Origin: Armatimonadota bacterium
GTDB lineage: Bacteria; Armatimonadota; SYMT01
Assembly (NCBI GenBank): GCA_041690135.1
Contig: JAWLHY010000001.1
Span: 864,001-928,000, forward strand
Direction: 5' to 3'
Length of the DNA: 64,000 bases
The first letter of the stretch is position 1. Each line of letters opens with the position of its first letter. Of this stretch, positions 31,139-40,547 are shown piece by piece. Under the pieces are notes generated by a model. It was given only the letters and a program-made list of their open reading frames with translations, was not told where the DNA came from and did not search any database. A program made the position numbers and the translations under genes.

Positions 31139-31305
31139 AATGCGGCCATGGTACCACGCGGGGAACGTGGGGTAAAGGTGCGAAGTGAGAACCCATCCCG
31201 TTGAATCCGGGTTATTGGATTCGGGCGTATGTGGGTAGTCTCAGCCTGCCGGTTTCTCCCTCCGATGCGCACGGAGGCGAGGCATCCCAGGAAAGGAGAA
31301 CACCC

Positions 31306-31524
31306 ATGCAGGAAGACACCGCCGGAATCACGACTGTGGGCACGGGTAACGGCTACGCCACCTGCGCGGAGTGCGGCGCCGTGTTTCGTCGCCAGTCGAT
31401 CCGCACCGAGCCCGCCGGGCTTCGCGACGATACCCATTCGGAGTACACGGAAATCTGTCCCGATTGCGAGCGGCTGGACCGGGAAGGCGAGCGACCGATC
31501 CTGGGAGATGAGGATCGGTATTAG
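31306..31524 (+). CDS. Small CxxC..CPxC putative zinc-binding protein
   Basis: AAAGGAG RBS; 72 aa with CAECG and CPDC. Confidence 0.7.
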   Translation: MQEDTAGITTVGTGNGYATCAECGAVFRRQSIRTEPAGLRDDTHSEYTEICPDCERLDREGERPILGDEDRY

Positions 31525-31547
31525 ATCGGGTTCGGTAGATAGGGGTA

Positions 31548-31650
31548 CGGAACAGAGGAAAGGGGGACGCCCAGCACCGGGCATCCCCCTTTCCTCTGTT
31601 CCGCGCCGCATCCTTCTACCTGAAGGGTCTACCCTAAAGGTAGAAGGATG
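31548..31650. terminator. Two adjacent long stem-loops between convergent genes
   Basis: cggaacagaggaaaggggg..ccccctttcctctgttccg (31548-31603) and catccttctacct..aggtagaaggatg (31609-31650). Confidence 0.7.
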
Positions 31651-31664
31651 GGCCTTTTCTAGCG

Positions 31665-32837
31665 CTACTGCATGTTCTGTTCGATCATGCGGAGATGCGC
31701 CTGAACGCCTTCCATGCCGCGCTGCAGCAGGCTTCGCACGGCCGGATCCGTGGCTTCCTGCATCAGGTGATCGAGCTCATTCAGCGCCGCTTGGTGATGG
31801 CCGTGCGTGTGCTGGATCAGCGTCTGCGGGTTGCCGGTGATATTCGGATGCGGGGGCAACTCGGGAACGGCGATCTGCTTTTCCTGCATCAGCTTCATCG
31901 TTGCGTCGGCCAGCGCCTGGTGATCGCGCGCCATCGCCTCGAAGCGCTCGGCCCAGGCGGTGTTGCCCTGGTTGCGCAGGCTCTCGGCCTGGGAGCGCAG
32001 GCTCGCGACTTCATTCTTATTCATCCGGTAGAAGTGGGTCAGGATGTAGTTGTCGCCGCGTACCTCTCGCACGCCCGCTACCTGTTCCGTCGTCGGCGGG
32101 ACCAGGATTACGACGGTGGTTTCCGTCGTGGTCGGCGTCAGCATCGCGATGTGCTGCTGGCGGGTTTCGCGGGTCGCCTGCACCAGGTCCGCTAGGCGCG
32201 GGTTCTGAATGTTGGCGTAAGCTGTCTCGAGGCGAGTCAACTCGGTCCGGTTCCAATCCGCGGCGGTGCGCGGGAACGTTTCGGGCGTCAGGTCCGACAG
32301 CCGCACGTCCGTCGTCACCCGTGGCATATAGGTGTCGGTAGAGTGGTAGAGCTGGCGGGCGCGGCTCGCCAGGATCAGGTGGTCCGTCATCAGGGTGCCG
32401 AACGCGCCCGCGACCCAGGGCTGGTTGGATTCCTGGAAGCGGCGCATGTGCGCGTCCAGCACCGCGGCCTCCATCATCTGCCGGGCATACAGGTCGTTCA
32501 GCACGGCGCGGTCGCTGGGTACCAGGTCCGAAGTGGCGTCCAACAACGGAATGATCTCGTAGGTGGTCAGTCCGCGCTCGGTATCCACCTGGTACCGCTG
32601 CGGCTCGTAGAGACTCCTCTCGTACTCGTTGTAGTCCATCCGCTCACCGGCCACCCGCTCGTTGTACACGCGCTCGCCGGTGGTAGGATCGATGGTGTAT
32701 GCGGTCTGGGGTAGATTCTGCTGTTCGATCTGGCCGGGCTGGTGCTTGGTCGGCTGGCCGATCGTTGTTGGCTGGGCGAAGGCCGCCCCGCTCAGGGTCA
32801 GTCCAAGTACAAGCGCAACCGAAAGGGGTTGTCGCAT
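31665..32837 (-). CDS. Secreted protein with two ferritin-like (DUF305/DUF4142-like) helical domains
   Basis: GAGGAGG RBS; signal peptide (AFA-Q); E..DH..H helical patterns twice (LMTDH..QHIAML; MARDH..AHLRMI). Confidence 0.65.
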   Translation of the reverse strand: MRQPLSVALVLGLTLSGAAFAQPTTIGQPTKHQPGQIEQQNLPQTAYTIDPTTGERVYNERVAGERMDYNEYERSLYEPQRYQVDTERGLTTYEIIPLLDATSDLVPSDRAVLNDLYARQMMEAAVLDAHMRRFQESNQPWVAGAFGTLMTDHLILASRARQLYHSTDTYMPRVTTDVRLSDLTPETFPRTAADWNRTELTRLETAYANIQNPRLADLVQATRETRQQHIAMLTPTTTETTVVILVPPTTEQVAGVREVRGDNYILTHFYRMNKNEVASLRSQAESLRNQGNTAWAERFEAMARDHQALADATMKLMQEKQIAVPELPPHPNITGNPQTLIQHTHGHHQAALNELDHLMQEATDPAVRSLLQRGMEGVQAHLRMIEQNMQ

Positions 32838-32923
32838 CTGTTTTCCTCCTCGACGTGGGTCGACTGTGCGATGCACACTGCGCAGGGAGCACAGGATCGA
32901 TCGCGGTCAGAGTCGTGCGTGGC

Positions 32924-34066
32924 TTACCCGGCGGTCGCGGAAGCCAAACCAGCGCCGGCCGGAGATGTTGCAGTCTCCGGGCGGGCCCGCGAAACTCCAG
33001 CCAACCCCATCAACCGGCTTCCCAGAAGGGAACGGGAGGCAATCAGCACGAGCAAGGCCGTGCCGCCGACGGTGCATCCCAGGAGTACGGCGAGGCGCAG
33101 TTCCAGGGAGGCGGCAGACAATTGCGGGAGGAAGTAGCGGAGCGCCAGCTCCAGGCAGAGCGGGTGAACCAGGTAGATGGCGTAGGACCTGGATGCGAGC
33201 ACGCGTCCGGGTGCATAAAGCCGCGTGGCTGCCAACCGGCAGGCGAGAAGCCACAGAAGCGGCAGGACCGCTACGGTGTAAAGAACCACCGCCGGGCGCC
33301 GGGAACCGGCCTCATTCAAGCCGAGGGGAGACTGGTAGTACTCCCAGAGCAGCCCCAGCGCGGCAGCGGCGGCCAGTGGTCCCCAGAGGCCCCGGTAGTG
33401 GGAGAGTTGCTCGACGATGGCGTTCCGATGCCTCGCCCCAAGCGTGCCGAGCAAGAAGTAGAAGAGCCATCCCGGCAACAGGCTATCGCTCGCATCCCAG
33501 AGGAAGGCGCTCCAGCCCAGGGGGCGTGGCGTGTAGGCAAAGTAGCCCTGATAGCCCAGCGTGAGTAAGAGCGAAGCTACCAGCCAGTGGAGCGCGCGCG
33601 GTCCGGTCACCGCTTTCCACACCCAGGGGAATACGGCGTAGAACTGGAGGACCATGGCGGCGAAGTAGAGGTGGCCCTGGCCGACCTGCCCCAGAACCAG
33701 TCCCAGGAAGTACTGGACAGTACCGACCGGCGGGCTGAATACGGCCGCGTAGACCAGCGCCCATGTGGCGAACGGCAGCCAGGCAGCAAACAGGCGCCGC
33801 TGCCGGAACTCGCGGGGATTCGGCGGCGAGGGATGGGTGAGCTGGAGCACGAAACCCGAGAGGACCGCGAACGTCGGCGTGGCCCAGAGCGCCAGTTGGT
33901 AGAACGGTTCCAGCCCCAGGAGAACTGTCGGGTCCGTGCTCCCCATCCGCGCAGCCGCCGCCAGCACGTGGATCATCACGATCGTGACGCACGCCAGGGC
34001 GCGGAGGAGGTCGGCCTCGGCGGCGCGCTCACGCGGCGCGGGCGGGGTCATCGCAGCAGCGCTCAC
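32924..34066 (-). CDS. Acyltransferase family 3 (membrane O-acyltransferase)
   Basis: DLLRALACVTIVMIH, TPTFAVLSG, HLYF..QFY, SYAIYLVH; multi-pass hydrophobic. Confidence 0.88.
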   Translation of the reverse strand: MSAAAMTPPAPRERAAEADLLRALACVTIVMIHVLAAAARMGSTDPTVLLGLEPFYQLALWATPTFAVLSGFVLQLTHPSPPNPREFRQRRLFAAWLPFATWALVYAAVFSPPVGTVQYFLGLVLGQVGQGHLYFAAMVLQFYAVFPWVWKAVTGPRALHWLVASLLLTLGYQGYFAYTPRPLGWSAFLWDASDSLLPGWLFYFLLGTLGARHRNAIVEQLSHYRGLWGPLAAAAALGLLWEYYQSPLGLNEAGSRRPAVVLYTVAVLPLLWLLACRLAATRLYAPGRVLASRSYAIYLVHPLCLELALRYFLPQLSAASLELRLAVLLGCTVGGTALLVLIASRSLLGSRLMGLAGVSRARPETATSPAGAGLASATAG

Positions 34067-34072
34067 TAGGGT

Positions 34073-34669
34073 CTAGAGGTCCCGGCGGCCTTCCAGCGCC
34101 TGGATCAGGGTCGCCTGATCGGCGTAGTCCAGATCGCCGCCCACGGGCAGGCCGAAGGCGATTTTGGTTACTCGTACGCCGAACGGCTTGATCAACCGCG
34201 CCAGGTACATGGCCGTGGTGTCGCCCTCTACCGTCGGGTTCGTGGCGAGGATGATCTCCTGGATGGCGTCCGCCTGGATGCGCTCCATCAACTCGCGGAT
34301 GCGCAGCATCTCCGGACCGATCCCCTCCAGCGGCGAAATCAGCCCGCCCAGCACGTGGTACCGCCCCCGGAACTCGTTCGTGCGCTCCACCGCGAGGAGG
34401 TCCCGCGGGTCCGCGACCACGCACACCAGGGACCGCTCCCGTCGTTCGTTTCGGCAGATGTCGCAGACGGGTTGGTCGGAGAAGTTGAAGCAGGACTGGC
34501 ACGTCTGCATCTTCTCCTTGACCTCGACGATGGCTTCGGCGATCTGCCGGGCCTCGTCGAGCGGCAGGCGGAGCAGGTGGAACGCCAGGCGCTGGGCGGA
34601 CTTGGGGCCGATCCCCGGAAGCTTTTCAAGTTCTCCAACGAGCCGCGCCAGCGGCCTGGCGTAATGCAT
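34073..34669 (-). CDS. recR: Recombination mediator RecR
   Basis: LPGIGPKSAQRLAF, C4 zinc finger, YHVLGG, ATNPTVEGDTTA, DLDYAD. Confidence 0.98.
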   Translation of the reverse strand: MHYARPLARLVGELEKLPGIGPKSAQRLAFHLLRLPLDEARQIAEAIVEVKEKMQTCQSCFNFSDQPVCDICRNERRERSLVCVVADPRDLLAVERTNEFRGRYHVLGGLISPLEGIGPEMLRIRELMERIQADAIQEIILATNPTVEGDTTAMYLARLIKPFGVRVTKIAFGLPVGGDLDYADQATLIQALEGRRDL

Positions 34670-35029
34670 CTAGAACCCCATTCCGGGCATGCCGGGGATG
34701 TTGGGGAGTCCTCCGGTGATCTCTTCGAGACGCTGCTTCTTCACGTCGTTGGCCTTTTCGACAGCGTCGCGCACGGCGCTGACGATCAGGTCCTGGAGCA
34801 TCTCTACGTCTTCCGGGTCCACAACCTGCGGGTCGATGTGCACCGCCTCGATCTGGCCGGCGCCCGTGGCTTCCACCCGGACCATGCCGCCGCCGGCGGA
34901 GCCTTCCACCTTCAGGCTCGCCAGCTCCTGCTCCATCTTCTGCGCCTGTTCCATGGCTTTCTGAACCTGTTTCATCAGGCCACCCATGCCAGGCATTCCA
35001 CCACCACCCATATTTCCAAAACCGCGCAT
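34670..35029 (-). CDS. ybaB: YbaB/EbfC nucleoid-associated protein
   Basis: GSAGGGMV, IDPQVVDPEDVEMLQDLI; located between dnaX and recR. Confidence 0.95.
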   Translation of the reverse strand: MRGFGNMGGGGMPGMGGLMKQVQKAMEQAQKMEQELASLKVEGSAGGGMVRVEATGAGQIEAVHIDPQVVDPEDVEMLQDLIVSAVRDAVEKANDVKKQRLEEITGGLPNIPGMPGMGF

Positions 35030-35134
35030 GCCTGCTCCTTTCGCCCACCGCCCGGTGGGCGATGGAAACCTTTACCAGTTTAACTTGACCGGGCTCCGTT
35101 GTCTTGAGCTCAGTCGATCGTTCCCAATCTCACG

Positions 35135-37213
35135 CTACTTCAGTTCCGGCTCGTCCGGGTCGATGATTTGGCCCTCGAACACCTCAATCACGTCATGGAT
35201 CAGCTCATTCCCCCGGGGAGACGGCATTGAAGGCAAGGAGGTCTGCCTTGGTGGTGCGGGCGCCGCAACCGGCGGAGGAGAAGCCGCGGCCTCGGCGGGG
35301 GCTGGTGAGCTTGTCCGGGAGTGAGAAGGACTCCGTACCGGACTTCCCGCAGCGGGACGCTTTGTTGCCGTAGGGGAACCGCCCTTATCACTCTTGCCGT
35401 CGGCCTCGGCCCGCACCCGGCACTGAATTCCTGTGATGCGGAGAATCGCCTCCACCAGCGGATCACTGAACTTCTTGCCCCGGTTCGTGAACATGACTGC
35501 CATGGTCGTGCTGGGGAACTGGATCACCAGTTCGTCATGCTCGAACCGGGCGGGCATGGTGTCGGCCAACGCCGCGGAGATGGTCATCTGACGCTGGCGT
35601 TTCAGCTCTTCCCCGATGAGCCGCCATTTGCTCCGCACCGCCTCGATGTTCAAACTGGAGCCGCCCGTGTGCGGTGCGGTGGAGGACGTAGCCGGCGGCA
35701 CCGGCGCGACCGGGGGAGTGGGCTGCCGTACCGAAGCGCTGGACGACCCATTTGCGGGCGCGGGCGCCGCGGGCGGGCTGTCGAAGAAGTCTCCAAAGTC
35801 GTCGTCGCCGGCATCGCCCATCCGCGCATCCCCCACGGTCAATGGCGGAGGCGGGAGGGGATCAGCACCGAAAACTCCCGATGGAGCCGGCGCCGCGGGC
35901 TCCGACCGAGCGGGAGGCGTAGCCGCCGCCGGCTCGTCATAGAAGGGCGAGGCGGCTCCGGAGTCGCGGACCGTGGGGGGAGATGGGCGCGAAGTGGGGC
36001 TGGAGAGGGGCGTTGAAGACCGGGTAGGCGTGGTGGAAGGAGTGCTGCGACCGGTGGAGACGGGTCGAGATGCCGCCGCGGAGCCGCTGGCGGCGGCGGG
36101 TCGGCTCTCGGCGGCCGGGCGGACTTCCGCAACGGGAGCCGGGGGGACCATCAGCCGGCACACGGCCAACTCCAGCAGGAGCCGGGGCTGCTCGCTCCAG
36201 CGGGCCTCCCGGTCCACCTGCGCCAGCGTCTCGATCGCGCCGATGATCCGGTGCTGCCCGTAGGCCCGGGACTGGTCCAGGATGCGGGCGGCCTGGTCGG
36301 CATCGAGCGGTGGAGGGCTCCCCGCGGCGGAGAGCATCAGTGTCCGGTAATGTGCTGTGGCATCCTTGAGGAGCTGTCGCGGATCCTTCCCCTCGGCGAT
36401 GAGTTCCTCCAGAAGCTGGTAGGCCGCCGCGCCGTCCGCCAGGCGGATGTGCTCCGCCAACTGATAGAGGGTGTCCGCATCGACGGTCCCCAGCACCGTG
36501 TAGACGTCCTTCGCGGTGATCGTACCCTCACAGAAGGCCAGCACCTGTTCCAGCAGGCTCAGGGCGTCGCGCCAGCCGCCGTTGGCTTCCCGGGCGATCA
36601 GCGTAAGGGCGTTGTCTTCGATCATCACGCCTTCCTGGCCTGCCACGTAGGCGATCCGCTCCCGGAGCTGCTCCATCGTCGCGCGGCGGAACTCGAACTT
36701 CTGGCAGCGCGAAACGATGGTCGCCGGGATCTTATGGGCCTCGGTGGTCGCCATTACGAAGACCACGTGCGGCGGCGGCTCTTCCAGCGTTTTCAGGAAG
36801 GCGTTGAAGGCATCGCCGGTGATCTGGTGCGCTTCGTCGATGACGTACACCTTGAAGCGGCCGTTCGCCGGCGCGTAAGCGACGTTGTCCCGGAGTTCGC
36901 GGATCTCGTCGATCCCGCGGTTGGACGCGGCATCGATCTCCTTCATATCCAGGTAACGCCCCTCGGTGATCTGCACGCAGGCGGGGCAGGTGTTGCACGG
37001 TTCCGGTGTAGGGGCGCGCTCGCAGTTCAGCGCCTTCGCGAGCAGGCGGGCCGTGGTGGTCTTGCCGGTGCCGCGGGGGCCGCAAAACAGGTAAGCGTGC
37101 GCCACGCGCTCGGAGCGGATCGCGTTCTGGAGCGTCCGGATGACATGCTCCTGACCCGAAACTTCTTCAAACGACTGCGAACGGTATTTGCGATAGAGGG
37201 AAAGATAGGCCAT
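35135..37213 (-). CDS. dnaX: DNA polymerase III subunit gamma/tau
   Basis: LYRKYR, GPRGTGKTT, EIDAASNRG, IDEAH, LKTLEEPP, SRCQ; long Pro/Ser linker. Confidence 0.97.
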   Translation of the reverse strand: MAYLSLYRKYRSQSFEEVSGQEHVIRTLQNAIRSERVAHAYLFCGPRGTGKTTTARLLAKALNCERAPTPEPCNTCPACVQITEGRYLDMKEIDAASNRGIDEIRELRDNVAYAPANGRFKVYVIDEAHQITGDAFNAFLKTLEEPPPHVVFVMATTEAHKIPATIVSRCQKFEFRRATMEQLRERIAYVAGQEGVMIEDNALTLIAREANGGWRDALSLLEQVLAFCEGTITAKDVYTVLGTVDADTLYQLAEHIRLADGAAAYQLLEELIAEGKDPRQLLKDATAHYRTLMLSAAGSPPPLDADQAARILDQSRAYGQHRIIGAIETLAQVDREARWSEQPRLLLELAVCRLMVPPAPVAEVRPAAESRPAAASGSAAASRPVSTGRSTPSTTPTRSSTPLSSPTSRPSPPTVRDSGAASPFYDEPAAATPPARSEPAAPAPSGVFGADPLPPPPLTVGDARMGDAGDDDFGDFFDSPPAAPAPANGSSSASVRQPTPPVAPVPPATSSTAPHTGGSSLNIEAVRSKWRLIGEELKRQRQMTISAALADTMPARFEHDELVIQFPSTTMAVMFTNRGKKFSDPLVEAILRITGIQCRVRAEADGKSDKGGSPTATKRPAAGSPVRSPSHSRTSSPAPAEAAASPPPVAAPAPPRQTSLPSMPSPRGNELIHDVIEVFEGQIIDPDEPELK

Positions 37214-37344
37214 CGTCAAACGGTCGTTCGCGCTTCGCCGCCGAAGACTCCTTCATCCGGGCGAAAGGGGCTAGGAGTCGTGGGAAGAAAGGAGCTCCAA
37301 CCCCGGAACACTCCGGGGCGGGCAACCTGGGTAGGCAAAATGAA

Positions 37345-37608
37345 GGTCGTGCACCCACCGTCGACGTGCGCCACGGCGCGCTAACCCGTGCATACCGCTC
37401 AGACCAGGCGGTCTGCAACACACCGTCCACCCTCTTACCGCTGCTTCTTCCGATCTGACGGGGTTCGAAGGCTTTCGGCTGCGCAGGACCCAGTCCTCGA
37501 CACGGCCACACGGGGCGGACCACCAGGCAACACGCCTCGGGTGGGAATTCAGCCCCGCTAGGCGGATTGCGGGTACAGGGCACCGCCAGCTCCCCGCTTA
37601 GCACGACC
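37345..37608 (-). ncRNA. ffs: Signal recognition particle RNA, large (Alu-containing) bacterial type
   Basis: Minus strand GGTCGTGCTAAGCGGGGAG..GGTGCCCTGTACCCGCAATCCGC..GGGTCCTGCGC..TCAGATCGGAAGAAGCAGC..GGTGCACGACC closely resembles Bacillus scRNA; 5' and 3' ends pair; upstream of dnaX; TATAAT at 37620-37615. Confidence 0.93.
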
Positions 37609-37684
37609 GCGGGCATTATACACGAATGCTCCCCACAGGGGAATGGAATCCGGATCCGAACGCGAAAAGCGGGGAACCGGGCGC

Positions 37685-37780
37685 GTAGGGGCATCGGCCC
37701 TGGTTGCCCTCGCCTTGGATCTGATCAACAAGTGCAAAACCGATCGCCCCGACGCAATAAGGGGATGCGGATGCCCCTTC
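37685..37780 (-). repeat. Truncated REPIN-like element (REP plus about 50 nt of interior)
   Basis: GTAGGGGCATCGGCCCTGGTTGCCCT at 37685-37710, then gatca..tgcaaaaccg..gacgca as in the 45461 copy. Confidence 0.75.
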
Positions 37781-37938
37781 ACCCGGCTCAATCCAGCCGG
37801 CGCAACTGGTCCGCGCAGGCAAGAGCAGGAATACCCGAACCGGTAAGAAGAAAGATTGCCGCAGAAGGCTACATTCCTGTAGCGCTCCGGCGCCGAGCCT
37901 GCCGCTTCTTGCGCCACGGGAACAACGGAGTTGCTCGC

Positions 37939-39753
37939 ATGGTACGACACGCACCAGGTCGCATCCCAAGCCCGCCTGGGTTAATCCTGCTGCTGGTGCT
38001 GGCCGCTGCCGGCTATGCATCCGCGCAGGAAAACCGGTATGACCCTTTCGCGGGCGATACCCGCCTGGAGCAGAAGGTCACGGTATCGGCGGAGGGCCAG
38101 TCGCTCGGCGAGTTCCTGGAGTTGTTGGCGGGCAGGACCGGTGTGGCGTTAACGGCCAGCCGGCAAACGGCCGATGACAAGGTAGTCATCTTTGGGCCTT
38201 CGCGGCCCCTGCGCGAAATTCTAACCGATTTGGCGACGCTGTTCGACCACCGCTGGACCCGCGAACGCGACGCCGAGGGATCTCGACGCTACACGCTGGC
38301 CCGGACCGCGCGTGCGCCGGCGCACGAACAGCGGTTGGCGCGCGCGGCGGCGGAGAAGGTGATGTCGCAGGTGGACGAGCAGGTCCGGGCCCTGGGCGAG
38401 ACTCCGGAGCAACTCGCGCGCCGCCCGCAACAGGACCCCATCCGCAGGTTCCTTTCCGATCCGGAGCTCCGTTTCCCGACTGAACTCTATGCGGAGTTAA
38501 CGCCGGAGCAGCGGATTGCGCTCTACCTGCGCCGCAAGCTCGATTTCCCGTTCCGCAGCCTACCGGAGCGGTACCAGACACCTCTTCGCAAGGTCTATGC
38601 GGAACGGCTTGGCATCTTCGAGCGGTACGTGCGCGAGAACCCGGGAGTACTCCCGCCGATGGGGAAAGACGCGGACGACAGCCGGCGACTGTTTGTGGAT
38701 CGCCCGGAGGACCTGGACAAGGGCTCGCTTCGGTTCCGCGTGCGGCGAGGCGGGGGGCACCTCTTTATCGGAATGGGCCTGGGAGTGCTCCCGTTCCGCG
38801 CCGATGTCGATCGCGATCCATCGGGAAAGCGGCAATACATCACCTCCCTCGGCTTCTGGGGCGTCACCATCCTCGAGGGCCCGGCTTCCTGGGTGCTTCC
38901 ACCCCACGGCAATCCGTACACGCTGGAGAAAGTATCGGAGGAGGCTCCGCTGCCGGAGGCGGCGATCACCCGCGGGGTACTCCGGGAAAAGACATGGCTG
39001 GACCGGCTGCGGAACCTGGCGAAGACGAGCGGCCGGCCGATCGTGGCGGACTACTATCGCAGCAAGCCCGTTGCGCAGCCGCCGGACGAGCCAGAACTCT
39101 CCGGTGATGAAACAACGCGGGTCCTCGATACCCTTTGCCGGCCGGAAGGGTACCTGTGGTGGACGCACGAACGCACCCTCTTCTTTCGCAAGCGGGAGTG
39201 GTACGAGCAGAAGCGCTACGAGGTCCCGGATCGCTGGCTGGCGGCCGTGGCGAAGCGTCTCCGCGCTGGTGGCGGGCACCCACGCCTGGCGGATGTGCTA
39301 CTGGCGGCGCAATTGACCCCTGCCCAACTGGCCGGGCTCACCAGCCTTTACGAGGGTGAATTTAGCGGAGACGAGGAAACGTATGCCGGCCTGCCCGAGC
39401 TGCTGGCTATATTCAAAGCCGGCTGGGTTCGCGATATTGTCCTGCCACTGGGAGCGCCGGCTCCCGGTGGCATTCCCGCTCCCCAGCTAGGCTTTCCGGA
39501 CCTTTCCCTTCGCCAGCGCAATCTCCTCGCCGCCTTCCTGGAAACACGCGACTTCCCCGTGACCCCGGAGGGCGCCCAGACATTTCGCGTGGCGATCTCC
39601 CGTGCACCGGAGACGGGGAGCGATGGCGACCCGCCGAGGGTGCTGGTGCGGCTGAAGTGGTCCCTGGGTATGGAGGAGGGCATGCCCTACGGCCTATCGC
39701 TGCCCCTCCAGTTCCAGGCCCCCGGAACAGCTACCCGGATCGATCTGCAATGA
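37939..39753 (+). CDS. Secreted hypothetical protein with STN/secretin-N-like N-terminal domain
   Basis: Signal peptide (ASA-Q); DTRLEQKVTVSAEGQSLGEFLELLAGRTGVALTA; start position uncertain. Confidence 0.65.
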   Translation: MVRHAPGRIPSPPGLILLLVLAAAGYASAQENRYDPFAGDTRLEQKVTVSAEGQSLGEFLELLAGRTGVALTASRQTADDKVVIFGPSRPLREILTDLATLFDHRWTRERDAEGSRRYTLARTARAPAHEQRLARAAAEKVMSQVDEQVRALGETPEQLARRPQQDPIRRFLSDPELRFPTELYAELTPEQRIALYLRRKLDFPFRSLPERYQTPLRKVYAERLGIFERYVRENPGVLPPMGKDADDSRRLFVDRPEDLDKGSLRFRVRRGGGHLFIGMGLGVLPFRADVDRDPSGKRQYITSLGFWGVTILEGPASWVLPPHGNPYTLEKVSEEAPLPEAAITRGVLREKTWLDRLRNLAKTSGRPIVADYYRSKPVAQPPDEPELSGDETTRVLDTLCRPEGYLWWTHERTLFFRKREWYEQKRYEVPDRWLAAVAKRLRAGGGHPRLADVLLAAQLTPAQLAGLTSLYEGEFSGDEETYAGLPELLAIFKAGWVRDIVLPLGAPAPGGIPAPQLGFPDLSLRQRNLLAAFLETRDFPVTPEGAQTFRVAISRAPETGSDGDPPRVLVRLKWSLGMEEGMPYGLSLPLQFQAPGTATRIDLQ

Positions 39754-39806
39754 GATCGCTCCGCGCGTGCAAGGTAATGTGCATAACCTTGGAGCCGGGT
39801 GTCAGC

Positions 39807-39835
39807 TTGACACGACCATGCCCTTGTGCTACCCT
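39807..39835 (+). promoter_or_regulatory. Sigma70-type promoter for efp
   Basis: TTGACA-17-TACCCT with extended TG. Confidence 0.65.
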
Positions 39836-39873
39836 AACTCGGTTCGAGCGACCTGTGTTAGAGGAGTGGGATC

Positions 39874-40434
39874 TTGATCGATACGAGTGATTTCCGGAAT
39901 GGAATGTCCATCATCCTGGACAACGTGATCTACCAGATCGTGGAGTTCCAGCATGTGAAGCCCGGCAAGGGCGGAGCTTTCGTGCGGACCCGGTTGAAGA
40001 ATCTCCTGACCGGAAACACGCTGGACAAGACCTTCCGGGCCGGTGAAAAGATGGAGCAGGCGGTCCTGGACCGGAAGAAGATGACCTACCTGTACGACCA
40101 GGGCGAGACCTACGTCTTCATGGATCAGGAAAGCTTCGATCAGGTGGAAGTTCCTGCCGCGGCCATTGGCCCCCAGGTGAAGTATCTGAAGGACAACACC
40201 GAGGTGGAAGTCTGCACCCATAAGGACAAGATCCTCACCGTCGAGCTTCCCTTCGCCATGGAATTCGAAGTGGTGGAGACCGATCCCGGCCTTCGAGGCG
40301 ATACGGCATCCGGCGGGTCCAAGCCGGCCACGTTGGAGACCGGAGCCGTGGTGAACGTCCCGTTGTTTATCAACGTCGGAGAACGAATCCGCGTCGACAC
40401 GCGCACCGACAACTACATCGAGCGCGCCAAGTAG
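39874..40434 (+). CDS. efp: Elongation factor P
   Basis: HVKPGKGGAFVR, PGLRGDTA, KPATLETG; TTG start with GAGGAG RBS. Confidence 0.98.
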   Translation: MIDTSDFRNGMSIILDNVIYQIVEFQHVKPGKGGAFVRTRLKNLLTGNTLDKTFRAGEKMEQAVLDRKKMTYLYDQGETYVFMDQESFDQVEVPAAAIGPQVKYLKDNTEVEVCTHKDKILTVELPFAMEFEVVETDPGLRGDTASGGSKPATLETGAVVNVPLFINVGERIRVDTRTDNYIERAK

Positions 40435-40547
40435 GACCAGCCGGCGGTCGGATCGCGCTTCGCGTAGAACGGTCGCAACAGCACCTTTTTGCTCCCTGTC
40501 CACTCGGGTGGGCGGGGAGCCTGCTTCACCCCAAACACCCCGCTCCT

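Noticed and set aside
35135-37213. Programmed frameshift site in dnaX
   Set aside because: No A6G or long A-run slippery site seen; the extra length is a Pro/Ser linker
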